DNA from: an uncultured virus (IMG/VR IMGVR_UViG_3300005343_000007) | Taxonomy: Duplodnaviria > Heunggongvirae > Uroviricota > Caudoviricetes | Length of the DNA stretch: 64,000 nucleotides | Virus record (IMG/VR): IMGVR_UViG_3300005343_000007 | Reading direction: 5' to 3' (one strand) | In this document: positions 9,414 to 18,738 of the stretch, piece after piece | How positions within the stretch are numbered: the first letter of the stretch is position 1 | Layout: each line of letters opens with the position of its first letter | The notes under the pieces: generated by a model | The model's input: the letters and a program-made list of their open reading frames with translations, nothing else | What the model was told of the DNA's origin: nothing | Databases searched by the model: none | Translations under genes and position numbers: made by a program

Positions 9414-9725
9414 CTAATTGAATCGGAAGGCTACGTTCGCGCCCATTCGGTCGATCTGAAACCCGATGGCGTTGCGATTGCTAAGCCAAATTGACTTCAG
9501 TTGCGCGGCCACGTCCTGAATTTCCAACCCTGATTCCTTGCAGAGTTTTGAGAAAGTCACATATGCCTCAATTCCGGTGCCGCGCTTGATCCTTTCCCAA
9601 GTGGCACGAATTTCCCCTTCGATTCCCAAATCCAATGCCTCCACCAATGGGAGATTTATTGCGGCGAGCTTTCGGTTTCTACCGTGCTCGTAGGACGATG
9701 AAATATAAATTGCGGTTTTGCTCAT
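9414..9725 (-). CDS. Hypothetical protein
   Basis: 103 aa; promoter TTGGCA-17-CAAATT at 9735-9763. Confidence 0.6.
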   Translation of the reverse strand: MSKTAIYISSSYEHGRNRKLAAINLPLVEALDLGIEGEIRATWERIKRGTGIEAYVTFSKLCKESGLEIQDVAAQLKSIWLSNRNAIGFQIDRMGANVAFRFN

Positions 9726-9795
9726 GACCCCTCCAATTTGTGCCGCAAGCGTTCAAATGCCAAGAACTTTCTGCATTTTTCTTTGGTGGTGCCTC

Positions 9796-9812
9796 TGGCA
9801 TTCTTCCTGCTT
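9796..9812 (+). promoter_or_regulatory. Sigma-54-like -24/-12 element (antisense)
   Basis: TGGCATTCTTCCTGCTT. Confidence 0.6.
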
Positions 9813-9819
9813 ACGCAAA

Positions 9820-9841
9820 TAATTGACAAATTTTCTATTTA
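9820..9841. repeat. 22-bp palindromic site 6
   Basis: TAATTGACAAATTTTCTATTTA; overlaps the XRE gene stop. Confidence 0.85.
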
Positions 9842-10125
9842 ACAGGCTTATCTTTAACGCCGTTAACCTTTTCAGCTTGGCGGCTGTAAACGTCCTTCAC
9901 GCCGCTAAGCCCAAGCAGCTTGGCGATATTGTGCGCCAGCGAAATCCGGCACCGGCGCTTCCCGCACTCGATGTAGCACCAAGACCCCTGGCCCGCCCCG
10001 ATGGCCTTGGCGAAGCTCACCAGCGTATAACCAGCCTTTTCCCGTAGCTGCGCCAAGTCCTTGCGCACAAAGCCAAGCCTGCCATCCTTCGCCATGACTC
10101 TTCCGCAGGTAGGGCAGCAGTTCAT
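9835..10125 (-). CDS. XRE-family HTH transcriptional regulator
   Basis: LAQLREKAGYTLVSFAKAIGAGQGSWCYIECGKRR...IAKLLG. Confidence 0.8.
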   Translation of the reverse strand: MNCCPTCGRVMAKDGRLGFVRKDLAQLREKAGYTLVSFAKAIGAGQGSWCYIECGKRRCRISLAHNIAKLLGLSGVKDVYSRQAEKVNGVKDKPVK

Positions 10126-10727
10126 TTATCCATCCCCTCGATACCGGATTCCAGTTCCAGAATCGGCTTGGCTGATTTCAAGTCCTTCACTCCATCCCCT
10201 CCCGTGATCTGGTTCCGGATGAGTTGGGAGATTAACTCGGCGGTGAGTACCGCGCCTTCGTTGACGGGTTCTTTTTGGGCGTCCAAATCCATCAACCTTG
10301 CCTCTCGCTCCATGGCCTTGATCACAATCTCCGTGGCCTTCAGTTGCTCCTTGTAGCTGTTCTCGTCAATCACCGGCACCATCTCCCCTTTCTCCATCCG
10401 CATCCTCTGGACGTGCAAAGCCTCGGCTTCCAATACCGGCATCCACCGCTTGTAAATCCGCTGGATCATCCCGTGTTGGCGGTGGCGAAGGTGGGTCGTA
10501 TAGCCCTTAATATCTTCCTCAATGAATTCGTTGGCCTTTTGTAACCAGCGCCAGATGGAAGACGGGTCCGGTTTCAGGCACTTGAATTCCTTTCCGATAA
10601 CCTCGGAAATCTCGTAAATATTGAACCCCTCCAAGCTCAATTGTAGCGAGCGTTTCATCTTGTCACCCATGAGTTTTGCCGCTTCCAAGGTGCTCTTGGC
10701 TGGGTTTGATGATCGCTTGCGTGCCAT
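10122..10727 (-). CDS. Terminase small subunit-like HTH protein
   Basis: N-terminal HTH and KAMEREARLMDLDA motif; promoter TTGCAA-18-TATAAT at 10735-10764. Confidence 0.5.
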   Translation of the reverse strand: MARKRSSNPAKSTLEAAKLMGDKMKRSLQLSLEGFNIYEISEVIGKEFKCLKPDPSSIWRWLQKANEFIEEDIKGYTTHLRHRQHGMIQRIYKRWMPVLEAEALHVQRMRMEKGEMVPVIDENSYKEQLKATEIVIKAMEREARLMDLDAQKEPVNEGAVLTAELISQLIRNQITGGDGVKDLKSAKPILELESGIEGMDK

Positions 10728-10750
10728 TCCAGTAATTATAGCATTGCCCG

Positions 10751-11005
10751 CTATGGCATTGCAAGCCATTGAGCGTGCTCTCGGGTGTCTTCCTTCGTAA
10801 AAGCGAATCCACGGGCTTCCTGAAGCTCGCGATACACCTTGAGAACTTCTCTCTTAGCTGCCTTCCATGCTTGCTCGTGGGGCATTCCGGTAAGCTGCCT
10901 TTGCTGCTGGTAGTATCTGGCGATGTTTGGATCACCAACGCTCTGCCATTGCTTCTGACGCTGGCGCTTCTCTCTGGTGAGTTTCTTTCGGGTCTTGAGG
11001 GTCAT
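10751..11005 (-). CDS. Basic hypothetical protein
   Basis: MTLKTRKK...; ATGA overlap. Confidence 0.45.
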   Translation of the reverse strand: MTLKTRKKLTREKRQRQKQWQSVGDPNIARYYQQQRQLTGMPHEQAWKAAKREVLKVYRELQEARGFAFTKEDTREHAQWLAMP

Positions 11006-11412
11006 GGCTGGTCGGACGGTTGGGCTGCTACCTTTCGGCGCATCGGCCACAGCCGGCGCGGGTCATACACGCCTTGCCCGGTGGATTTGTGCCACGTCTT
11101 ACCGTCGATTGAATATTCGTCTCCCTCTTGGATATGCTCTCCCGGCTCCAGATTGCGATAGATTGGCGTCTTCATAGTCAGGCGGTCAGGCTTGCGGCTG
11201 GTCGTGCGAAGCTCCTTCAGTTTGGCGTCTCGCTCCGAACTGTTCGTGTAAATCAGCGGCGTTCCGTTGGACTGACAATGCAACCATCGCGGCATTTGCC
11301 CCAGAAGCCTGCCGGGAATTAGCGCCTGAATTCCGTACATCGGTCGATCCCTCACTATGTCGTACCACTCGTGCTTTCGGTATTTTATCGGTTCAGTGTT
11401 CTGGGATTTCAT
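11002..11412 (-). CDS. Hypothetical protein
   Basis: 136 aa (YRNLEPGEHIQEGDE). Confidence 0.55.
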   Translation of the reverse strand: MKSQNTEPIKYRKHEWYDIVRDRPMYGIQALIPGRLLGQMPRWLHCQSNGTPLIYTNSSERDAKLKELRTTSRKPDRLTMKTPIYRNLEPGEHIQEGDEYSIDGKTWHKSTGQGVYDPRRLWPMRRKVAAQPSDQP

Positions 11413-11747
11413 CGCGTTATCTCCTCTATTCTGATGATTAACGAAGGATCACTGGTGAAACGCAATGCTTGGTCGTAGGTGTCGAATACGGGGATGAAGC
11501 GTTGCGGGCCTTGGTCGGGCTCGATGGTTATGCTCATCCCTCCGAGTGCTGGAATCGTCAGGCTGCTCCATTGGTGGGCCTTCATCACCATCCACCCCTC
11601 CTTTGGCTGCGTCGGTTCGGTGGATTCGTGGCGGGGTTGAATCTCTTCCCGCTTCACGGGCGCAAGCTCGCTCCCCTTGTTTCCTCCCCTGATCGCCTCA
11701 ATGATCTTCCTGGCCTTGGGGCTCATTAATTTATCCTTGGTGCTCAT
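11409..11747 (-). CDS. Hypothetical protein
   Basis: MSTKDKL...; CCATGAGC start. Confidence 0.55.
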   Translation of the reverse strand: MSTKDKLMSPKARKIIEAIRGGNKGSELAPVKREEIQPRHESTEPTQPKEGWMVMKAHQWSSLTIPALGGMSITIEPDQGPQRFIPVFDTYDQALRFTSDPSLIIRIEEITR

Positions 11748-11755
11748 GGGTTTGA

Positions 11756-11777
11756 TAATTGACAAATTTTGCAATTA
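11756..11777. repeat. 22-bp palindromic site 7
   Basis: TAATTGACAAATTTTGCAATTA. Confidence 0.9.
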
Positions 11778-12026
11778 TCACCATCCCTCTTGCGGGCAGG
11801 ATGTCGCGGATGTTCCCGTGAGGCTCACGCGATTGGAACAGCATGTCGTAAACCTCAAATTGGTTTTCTCCCGGCTGTGGATTTCCTGTAGCACCGCCAC
11901 ATCCACGATCTGCTTCAGTTCGTGGTAATCGAGGAATACCGCCTCTCGGTGGATGGCCTGTAGTTCGGCGTAGCTGAGTGATTCGAGTGGGTTTGGCCCA
12001 CCTAGGTTTATTTTCATATTGCTCAT
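11778..12026 (-). CDS. Hypothetical protein
   Basis: 82 aa; stop abuts the 11756 palindrome. Confidence 0.55.
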   Translation of the reverse strand: MSNMKINLGGPNPLESLSYAELQAIHREAVFLDYHELKQIVDVAVLQEIHSREKTNLRFTTCCSNRVSLTGTSATSCPQEGW

Positions 12027-12179
12027 GGTTTCAGGGTTAAATCATCTTCCAAAGTACCACTAAAAGAAAGATCAAAGTGATCACTAAAACCGGCGTTAAG
12101 GCTCGGTTGAATCGCTCGTCTCTCTCGCGGTGGTAGCGGTGGAGTCTTTCTTCGGAGTGTCGGGATAATCTCATGGGAT

Positions 12180-12428
12180 TCATTCGCGGGATTCGGCAAG
12201 GGCTTCTTCGATGCGGGCGAGCGTCTGATTGCCAGTGCCCGTCTCCTGAAACTTGCTGTGCAGGTACTCAATTTGTAGCCGAGCTTCCTCCAGCGCCGCC
12301 CGCATCTTCGCGTAGGCCGGCGCGCGGTTGAGAGCTTCGGCTACTTTCTGCGCCTCGGGCGGATGGTAGAACGTCGCCACCGTCCTATCGAGAAAGAGCA
12401 GGTATTCGTCTACGCGATGCCAAGGCAT
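12180..12428 (-). CDS. Hypothetical protein (start may lie further upstream)
   Basis: PWHRV...APAYAKMRAALEEA pattern common in small phage proteins. Confidence 0.5.
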   Translation of the reverse strand: MPWHRVDEYLLFLDRTVATFYHPPEAQKVAEALNRAPAYAKMRAALEEARLQIEYLHSKFQETGTGNQTLARIEEALAESRE

Positions 12429-12482
12429 CGGACTGCGCGCCGGTTCGGGCCGGGGGAGTGGGTGCGGGTAGTTCTTCGGTCT

Positions 12483-12764
12483 TCATGGCGTCCTTTCGTT
12501 GGGTTGCGGTGCGGTCTTAGGTCTATTGGCCCTGATTTCGGCTGCCCTGCTTTCGACCGTCGTTCCGAGAGGCTGCCCGCACATCGCCGCAGACTTGCAC
12601 GACCCCACGTTATGGTAGCAGGTGAAGCAACTTGGGGTTCCTCCCTCGGCCCTTCCACGGCACGGCTTTCGGCAGTGATGGCACGGCTCCTCTTTATCGG
12701 CCACTCGCCATCCGCAATCCACGGATTCCAGCCATCCCTCAATGTCCCATTCTTGAGCGGTCAC
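12483..12764 (-). CDS. Cys-rich hypothetical protein
   Basis: 93 aa with CxxC pairs; GTGA overlap. Confidence 0.45.
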   Translation of the reverse strand: MTAQEWDIEGWLESVDCGWRVADKEEPCHHCRKPCRGRAEGGTPSCFTCYHNVGSCKSAAMCGQPLGTTVESRAAEIRANRPKTAPQPNERTP

Positions 12765-13054
12765 GCGCCCTCCTTCGTGAACGCTTCGGCGCGCGCGAGG
12801 GTTTCTCTTCCGGCGCGCAGTGTAGCGGCAACCTTCACGTCAAACGGCGCAATGTGATCGGCGGCTTGATTCAGCGCGCAATCCATTGCTGCGCACGAGT
12901 TCTTGAGCGCCCCAGCCAGCTCCCGCACGAGCGCCAGGGCGGCGGTCAGGCGGGCGGCGGTTTCCATTGGTTTGCGCGACTCCGCGAAGGTGGCCTCAGA
13001 TAAGGTGTCGCGATAAGGAGCACTCGCCCCCTCGGTCGTCGGTGTGGTGGTCAT
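12761..13054 (-). CDS. Hypothetical protein
   Basis: 97 aa; ATGA overlap. Confidence 0.5.
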   Translation of the reverse strand: MTTTPTTEGASAPYRDTLSEATFAESRKPMETAARLTAALALVRELAGALKNSCAAMDCALNQAADHIAPFDVKVAATLRAGRETLARAEAFTKEGA

Positions 13055-13335
13055 GGCTCGGTGGGTTGAGTTAGTGTGCGCGCGATATGAATGCCAAGAT
13101 CAGTGAGCACCGGAATTCCAGCATCGGTGATTAACTGACGCGTCCGAAGCGCATTCAGGACAGCCGATTGTGACGCCGCATGAAGTCCTCTCGTTGGACA
13201 GACGTGGTATGGTTCGCCGCGGGAAATGGCGTCAGAGATGCAGCGTTGCTGCGCGTCGGACAAAAGTACTCTCCAAAGAGTTCCGGGCGTCGGTGTGGTC
13301 GGGGTCATGGCTTCTTTACTTTCTTCTTTCCCCAT
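13051..13335 (-). CDS. Hypothetical protein
   Basis: 94-aa ORF. Confidence 0.45.
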   Translation of the reverse strand: MGKEESKEAMTPTTPTPGTLWRVLLSDAQQRCISDAISRGEPYHVCPTRGLHAASQSAVLNALRTRQLITDAGIPVLTDLGIHIARTLTQPTEP

Positions 13336-13463
13336 CTGGCCTCATGGGCCAAACGGGAGATGCGGCGGTAGTGGGCGGTGGTTCTCTTCTTGGCTTCTCC
13401 TGTGCCCTTGGAGCCTCCGATGGTTCCAAGGATCTGAGCGGGAGTCTTAGGGGTTGATGGCAT

Positions 13464-13709
13464 TTATTGGTTGAAATAAACCGTTTCGCCATCGCGAAGA
13501 TCGAGAATCAGCGCGAGATTTACGGGGCTTAGATTGACTCTGAACGGCATCCGATTCATCCATCCGCGAAAACGAAGAATCGCGCCATCGCGGTCACAAG
13601 TCCCTTCTTGGAAAGTTCCGTCGCTCATAAATGTCCGCGTCTTCACATGAAATTGCACCCCTTTGCGAGTAATGGATTCGATTGGATTTGGATTGGTATT
13701 TTTGCTCAT
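13464..13709 (-). CDS. Hypothetical protein
   Basis: MSKNTNPNP...; promoter TTGACG-17-CATTTT at 13719-13747. Confidence 0.6.
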   Translation of the reverse strand: MSKNTNPNPIESITRKGVQFHVKTRTFMSDGTFQEGTCDRDGAILRFRGWMNRMPFRVNLSPVNLALILDLRDGETVYFNQ

Positions 13710-13799
13710 GGCGATGTGAAAATGCCGCAAGCGTTTGGGTTCGTCAATGGGAAAACGCAAAATATTTCAGATTTATTTCTGGCGCGCTTTCGGGCGGTT

Positions 13800-13816
13800 T
13801 GGCATGGCGCGTGCTT
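13800..13816 (+). promoter_or_regulatory. Sigma-54-like -24/-12 element (antisense)
   Basis: TGGCATGGCGCGTGCTT. Confidence 0.6.
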
Positions 13817-13823
13817 GGGGTAT

Positions 13824-13845
13824 AAATTGACAAATTTGCTAATTT
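13824..13845. repeat. 22-bp palindromic site 8
   Basis: AAATTGACAAATTTGCTAATTT; at the terL stop. Confidence 0.9.
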
Positions 13846-15626
13846 CATATCCCCTCCACCCACGTTGCCTCATCCACGACTCCGTGCTGCGGGGTGAATT
13901 CCCGTTGTTCTGGTTCCCGCTTCTTGTCCTGCATCGAAATCCCTCCGTCCATGTTCGCACGGCAGGCGGCCAAAAAAAGGCATGCGCTGTCGAGCCGGTC
14001 AGGCGAGCGCCCCAAGCGAGACTTGTACTCCTTTTTGTCCTCGGCGCGCACTTTCTTCAGTTCCCCAAGCTTGTACTTCCGGCCCAAAAGTTCCTCAATG
14101 AACATTTGATGGCAGGCGGTCGGACTGATCGCGAAATAGCCGAAGTCCATCCACTTTTGCAGGGCGTAGAGAAGCTCCGTGTTCATCCGCTCGTATTCCT
14201 CGCACGGGGTCTTTTTGTCCTCCTCCAATATTTTCTTGTGGCTTGGCTCAGATCCGAAGTCCACCCCGATCACCGCATCGTCCCACTCGATTGAGACTAC
14301 ATCCGTGGGGGTTCTGCCGTTGCCGGTCGCATCCATCGCCACGTATCCACCCTTCACGCTCAATCGCTTGGCATTGCCGATCACCGATAGGGCCACGATT
14401 TTCGTACTCCCCTTTTCCAGTTCGATGAATTGATCCAGTTGCGCGCAAAAGCGCACGCTCTTGAATTTTGTTCGGTGGCCTGACTCGTGAACAAACTCCG
14501 ATGCCATCCCGCAGCGTCCAAAAGCTCCGATAGCTTCATCCCGCCCCTCAACTGCAATATCAACCCCAAAAGCTTTCTCGGTTCCAGCATAGAAAACGAA
14601 GTGACCCTTGCACTTCTCTACCATCTCGTTTGAGAAGATGCTATTGCTCGCACCCGATGGCGTATATACCCCGTGGAGGTAGGCGAATCGCTCAATGGAG
14701 TTGCCCCCGCCCTTACTCATGATCGCCGCGTAATTCTCCCAAGTGTGCAAGCCTGGAAAGACCATCTTCCGCTGTTGCACGTTCTCGGATTCCCGCGCGT
14801 CCAATCTCAGCACGTACCACCCCTCCTGCCCTTCCCATTCTTTCGGCCCGTCTGGTCCGACCATGCCGCCCGTCTTGGGTTGCGCCAACTGACCAACGGG
14901 GCTGCCGATGTCCTTCGGGTTGAATGGGGCGCAAACCTTGATCGTCTCCACCCCATCCATGGAGGAACGAAAGTTTGCCACGCCGCGCCAGATGTTTCTG
15001 GGGCAGTCCTCGGCTTCGTCAATGTAAAGCCGTTCGCGCGAGCTTTTGCCGAAGATGGGGTGTTCCGTGGGGCGGTTGATGGGGTGCAAACCTTGGACTA
15101 CGTTACCAGCCGATTCGCCGTCTGGAATCCGCACCAGCGTAAACCCCATGCGTTTATTTTCAGGGCTCAACAAAAGGGATTCCGTATTCAGCCTTCCCGC
15201 CATCGGTATCACGCAGGCTTTGTGGAACATTCCAAGGGTAGAGAAAGCATTCCTCTCGGCGTGTCCGCCTGTCACCGAGATTAGCTTCACGCTGGTAAAT
15301 TCGGGATCGCTCAACCAATCCATGTAGAGCGCCCCGATCAGCGTGAAGGTCTTAGCAAGGGAGCTTCCGGCCTGGATCAATAAAAGCCCGTGCTGGAAGT
15401 AGGCACTCCATACCCTCCTGACCACGGCTATCTCGAAGTTGAACACGTCCTGCCCGAGTAGCACCGTGGCCGCTATGTCCAAGCGGCGGGCCGCAAAGGC
15501 GCGTTCCACGTATATTCGTATGTGTGCGTCCGCTTCCTCCAAACTCTTGCACTTGTAGCCGCTTTGGCGCACGGCTTCGCACTTCCCTTTTTTCTCTATG
15601 ATCTGGCGAAACTCGCGGGCAGTCAC
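13845..15626 (-). CDS. terL: Terminase large subunit
   Basis: Variant Walker A QAGSSLAKT, Walker B LYIDEAED, FNP coupling motif, nuclease motifs GVDIA..GRD / MDATGNG / SPDRLDS. Confidence 0.85.
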   Translation of the reverse strand: MTAREFRQIIEKKGKCEAVRQSGYKCKSLEEADAHIRIYVERAFAARRLDIAATVLLGQDVFNFEIAVVRRVWSAYFQHGLLLIQAGSSLAKTFTLIGALYMDWLSDPEFTSVKLISVTGGHAERNAFSTLGMFHKACVIPMAGRLNTESLLLSPENKRMGFTLVRIPDGESAGNVVQGLHPINRPTEHPIFGKSSRERLYIDEAEDCPRNIWRGVANFRSSMDGVETIKVCAPFNPKDIGSPVGQLAQPKTGGMVGPDGPKEWEGQEGWYVLRLDARESENVQQRKMVFPGLHTWENYAAIMSKGGGNSIERFAYLHGVYTPSGASNSIFSNEMVEKCKGHFVFYAGTEKAFGVDIAVEGRDEAIGAFGRCGMASEFVHESGHRTKFKSVRFCAQLDQFIELEKGSTKIVALSVIGNAKRLSVKGGYVAMDATGNGRTPTDVVSIEWDDAVIGVDFGSEPSHKKILEEDKKTPCEEYERMNTELLYALQKWMDFGYFAISPTACHQMFIEELLGRKYKLGELKKVRAEDKKEYKSRLGRSPDRLDSACLFLAACRANMDGGISMQDKKREPEQREFTPQHGVVDEATWVEGI

Positions 15627-16018
15627 TTTTTGATTAGGTCGTAATCGAATGGGGGATTTTTGATCTTGAAGTTACCGTGCTTTCCTTCGCAATTTATGCA
15701 CCTAGATTTAATCTCACCCGATTTCGCTTTAGATACGATGGTGTTATTGAGCCCACTCCCAAGAGCACACTGAATTCCGCGTTCTGGGTGAACGATAAGG
15801 AAAACGCAGGTTTCTCGGCCTTTCCCCATTTTGCATACCTTGTCCCGATGTTCTTCGCTGGGAATATCAACGGGGTCGGCGTTAAAAACCTCGTTCATCA
15901 TGCACCTTTCGCAAAGCCCCGTCCCCGGCCCATCTTTATCGTCTTGGTAGAAATCAAAACGGAAGCTTGGAATAAACTCCCTTTTGCACTTCCGGCAAAC
16001 TACTTCGGTTGTTTCCAT
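15623..16018 (-). CDS. Cys-rich (zinc-binding) hypothetical protein
   Basis: Several CxxC motifs. Confidence 0.6.
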   Translation of the reverse strand: METTEVVCRKCKREFIPSFRFDFYQDDKDGPGTGLCERCMMNEVFNADPVDIPSEEHRDKVCKMGKGRETCVFLIVHPERGIQCALGSGLNNTIVSKAKSGEIKSRCINCEGKHGNFKIKNPPFDYDLIKK

Positions 16019-16040
16019 AAATTGACAAATTTGCTAATTA
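16019..16040. repeat. 22-bp palindromic site 9
   Basis: AAATTGACAAATTTGCTAATTA; clamp stop to next ATG. Confidence 0.95.
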
Positions 16041-17183
16041 TTCGGCTGTCTCGGCGGGGGCTTCCGCTTTGGCTTCCGCCGCGCGCGCATCTCGGATCGC
16101 CATCACGAGCAAAAAGCGGTCGTCGTCTTTGATGCAGATGGCCTCCGGTTGCGCTAGGTGCCTCAGGGTGACCTTTTCCGAGCCGTTACAGGCCGATAGG
16201 GCTTGCATGAAGTACGGGGCCGAAATTCGGGTTTGGGACTCGTTTTTGCCCTTTCCCTCCACGGATTGATTGCACTCCGCGCCTTTTTCGGTGTTCGCCT
16301 CGATTTCCAGTTCCCCCTTTCGTATGTTCAGGCCGATCACCTTGCTGACATTGAAGCCAAATGGGGTTGCGAGTTTCACAGCGGAAATCAGGGCCGCTTT
16401 GTTGATCGTGATTTCCGAGTCCGATTGAGACTCGATCATGGGGCGAAACTTCGTGTAATCGAACGGGGTCACTTCGGCTTTCGCGGAGCGAAACTCGCAC
16501 GTCGCGCCGTTGAAAAAGACCGCGTTCTCATTAAAGCCCAACATCACATCCGCCTGCGCCTCCAGGGCCGCAAGAATCTTGAGCAAGGCGTTACAAACCG
16601 AATCGGGAATCAGTTCGTGGATCTCCTCATCCAAGCCGGATTCCGCCAGATGGAAGCGGCGGGAGTCGGAGGAAATGAATTGCACGCCTTTTCCGTCCCC
16701 CAAGTTTTGCACGGTAACCCCTTGCGCGAAGGGGCGCTTTTGGGCCTCGGTGCCCATCGCGGGCGTGACCACTTCCAAGAGGGTTTTCAATTGCCCGGCT
16801 TTGAAGATCAGATCGCGGGCTGATTTGTCCTCGGCGGGGGCTTTGGTCAAAACCTCATCCGGCACGGTCTTGAATTTGCCCACGGCCTTCCCCGCCGTCA
16901 AAAACAGGATGTCGCCCTTGGCTTCCAGTTCGATTTCCTCGCTGGTGATTTCCTTGAGCATTTCGCCCATCGTTTTCGAGTCCACGTTGACCGCTCCTCC
17001 CTTCTTGGTTTTGGATTCGGCGTAGGCGTGAATCAGGGAGGTTTGATTCAACCTTGTGGCGGTGAGCTTTCCTTTCTCCGCTTGGAAGCGGATGATTTGC
17101 TCATCGGTGATCGCGCCCCCTGGCATGGCGGCGGCGAGCGTAAGGGCTTTGCGGAGGGATTCGGTTTTAATGGTCAGCTTCAT
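16038..17183 (-). CDS. dnaN: DNA polymerase III beta-clamp homologue
   Basis: 381 aa; MKLTIKTESLRKAL start, SSDSRRF (ATDGHRL equivalent), FDY..I, ISAPYFMQAL, LLVMAIR end. Confidence 0.8.
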   Translation of the reverse strand: MKLTIKTESLRKALTLAAAMPGGAITDEQIIRFQAEKGKLTATRLNQTSLIHAYAESKTKKGGAVNVDSKTMGEMLKEITSEEIELEAKGDILFLTAGKAVGKFKTVPDEVLTKAPAEDKSARDLIFKAGQLKTLLEVVTPAMGTEAQKRPFAQGVTVQNLGDGKGVQFISSDSRRFHLAESGLDEEIHELIPDSVCNALLKILAALEAQADVMLGFNENAVFFNGATCEFRSAKAEVTPFDYTKFRPMIESQSDSEITINKAALISAVKLATPFGFNVSKVIGLNIRKGELEIEANTEKGAECNQSVEGKGKNESQTRISAPYFMQALSACNGSEKVTLRHLAQPEAICIKDDDRFLLVMAIRDARAAEAKAEAPAETAE

Positions 17184-17204
17184 GGTGGTTGTTAAATTAA
17201 AGGG

Positions 17205-17813
17205 TTAGTTATCGAACCAAAATACAAGTCGCGCTTTATGCCCCTGCATTTCAAAGCACCGCATCGCGGCAAGGATTGCCCAGTATTCCGTTATGCACGA
17301 AAGTGCATAACCGGCATCGGTTCCCGGCAAAACCGAAAGCTTCGATGCCTCTGATGGGCCGTTTAGGCGAAGCGCTCCCACTTGGAATCCAGAGGCTTTT
17401 AGATAGGTCGCAATCGCCAACTCGAATTCATCAGAGGTATGCCATGACGCCGAATGCCAATCGCTATTTGTAACCCAGCGATCCTTGTGACCGTTGCGCT
17501 CGAAGTATTGGCAATAACCTTTGGCGACGTAAGCGGAGGCGTGTGCCTTTGAGTAATACGTTTCGCCATCGACATGCTTGTAATCTTCGGCTTGATCGTC
17601 GCTCACATAGATCGTCCAATCATTGAACGCATGATACGCAATATCGTTCGGGACGCCACGCGGATCAATGAAGGCGAGATCCTCTCGGCGAACCCCCGCC
17701 ATTGCGCCGAACATCCAATAATTTCGGCCAGGGTTGATCCTTCCTCCGAAGTCGCTCCAGTGCTCGGATTCAGCACGTTTGTACTCGATGTAACAGTGGA
17801 TGTCGCAGCCCAT
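17205..17813 (-). CDS. Conserved hypothetical phage protein
   Basis: MGCDIH...RNYWMFGAMAGVR...RLVFWFDN family signature. Confidence 0.75.
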   Translation of the reverse strand: MGCDIHCYIEYKRAESEHWSDFGGRINPGRNYWMFGAMAGVRREDLAFIDPRGVPNDIAYHAFNDWTIYVSDDQAEDYKHVDGETYYSKAHASAYVAKGYCQYFERNGHKDRWVTNSDWHSASWHTSDEFELAIATYLKASGFQVGALRLNGPSEASKLSVLPGTDAGYALSCITEYWAILAAMRCFEMQGHKARLVFWFDN

Positions 17814-17859
17814 AAATTAACGCTGCTCCTTTTTGGTGTTTTTGCTCATGGTGGCGGGA

Positions 17860-17887
17860 ATTGTGTCGCAAGCGTTGGAATTGTCAA
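17860..17887 (-). promoter_or_regulatory. Sigma-70-like promoter
   Basis: TTGACA-16-CACAAT with AACGCTTGCG in the spacer; precedes the 10-codon ORF MSKNTKKEQR (17817-17849). Confidence 0.55.
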
Positions 17888-17929
17888 CGATGGAGCGAAA
17901 GAATTATTCGCGCTGCTTTTTGGTGTGGT

Positions 17930-17946
17930 TGGCACTCTTTATGCTT
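17930..17946 (+). promoter_or_regulatory. Sigma-54-like -24/-12 element (antisense)
   Basis: TGGCACTCTTTATGCTT. Confidence 0.65.
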
Positions 17947-17960
17947 ACTCGAAGGGCCGA

Positions 17961-17982
17961 TAATTAGCAAATTTGTCAATTA
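17961..17982. repeat. 22-bp palindromic site 10
   Basis: TAATTAGCAAATTTGTCAATTA; contains the DnaC-like gene stop. Confidence 0.95.
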
Positions 17983-18738
17983 TCGGTTCCGCCAGCTTTT
18001 CCATTTGCACTCGATGATCTTCCCGTATTGCGAGATGCGGGAGAGGCAGCTTGGATTCAGGGTCTTGGTAAATTGCTCTCCGCTGTGGTTGGAAATGATG
18101 ACAGTGGGCACCTTGTTCCCGTAGCGCCGATCAAGCAGATCGGTCAAAAATCGGTAAGTGGTTTTAAGGTCGTCCACTTCGTGTAATTCATCAATCACCA
18201 GCAATGGCACGCGGGACCAATTCTCTAATAGTTCCGGCAGGACGGTTTGCGTGGTGCCAAAGTCCGCGAACATCGGCTTGAACATGGAGGATAGGCGAAG
18301 GAGCTTGATATACATTCCGCGATCCAATGGAGCTTCCCATCCTTGGCGCTCGGCGCTGGTGGCGTTGTAGAACTTGTGCCAATACTCCGCGCGCTCCCGC
18401 ATGATCTGAATGGGGATGGTGGTTTTGCCGGTGCCACGGTTCCCAACCAGGGCCACAATCGACCCCTGTTTAAGTTGGCAAATTCCCCGCACTTCCCGAA
18501 AGACCTTTTCCTGTGCGGTGTTCCCCCACTTCTCGATTTTCTTTCGGTGCTCGCTGGGAATGCCTAGGGTTTCCAATTCAGGCACGATGATCTTGTCCCA
18601 CGTCCGCTTTTGGTATTCCTCCTCTGACATTGGTTTGAAGCGGGCGCGCATTTCCGCCAGTTGCTTTTCCAGGCCGGAAAAGTCGCAGGCTTCTATTTCT
18701 TCCTCGGCTTTCTTTTGGGCGAATTGTTCGGGGGTCAT
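17980..18738 (-). CDS. DnaC/IstB-like AAA+ helicase loader
   Basis: GNRGTGKT, LLVIDE, LDRRY, TVIISN, SRI...WKSWR; start MTPEQF overlaps the initiator stop (ATGA). Confidence 0.88.
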   Translation of the reverse strand: MTPEQFAQKKAEEEIEACDFSGLEKQLAEMRARFKPMSEEEYQKRTWDKIIVPELETLGIPSEHRKKIEKWGNTAQEKVFREVRGICQLKQGSIVALVGNRGTGKTTIPIQIMRERAEYWHKFYNATSAERQGWEAPLDRGMYIKLLRLSSMFKPMFADFGTTQTVLPELLENWSRVPLLVIDELHEVDDLKTTYRFLTDLLDRRYGNKVPTVIISNHSGEQFTKTLNPSCLSRISQYGKIIECKWKSWRNR

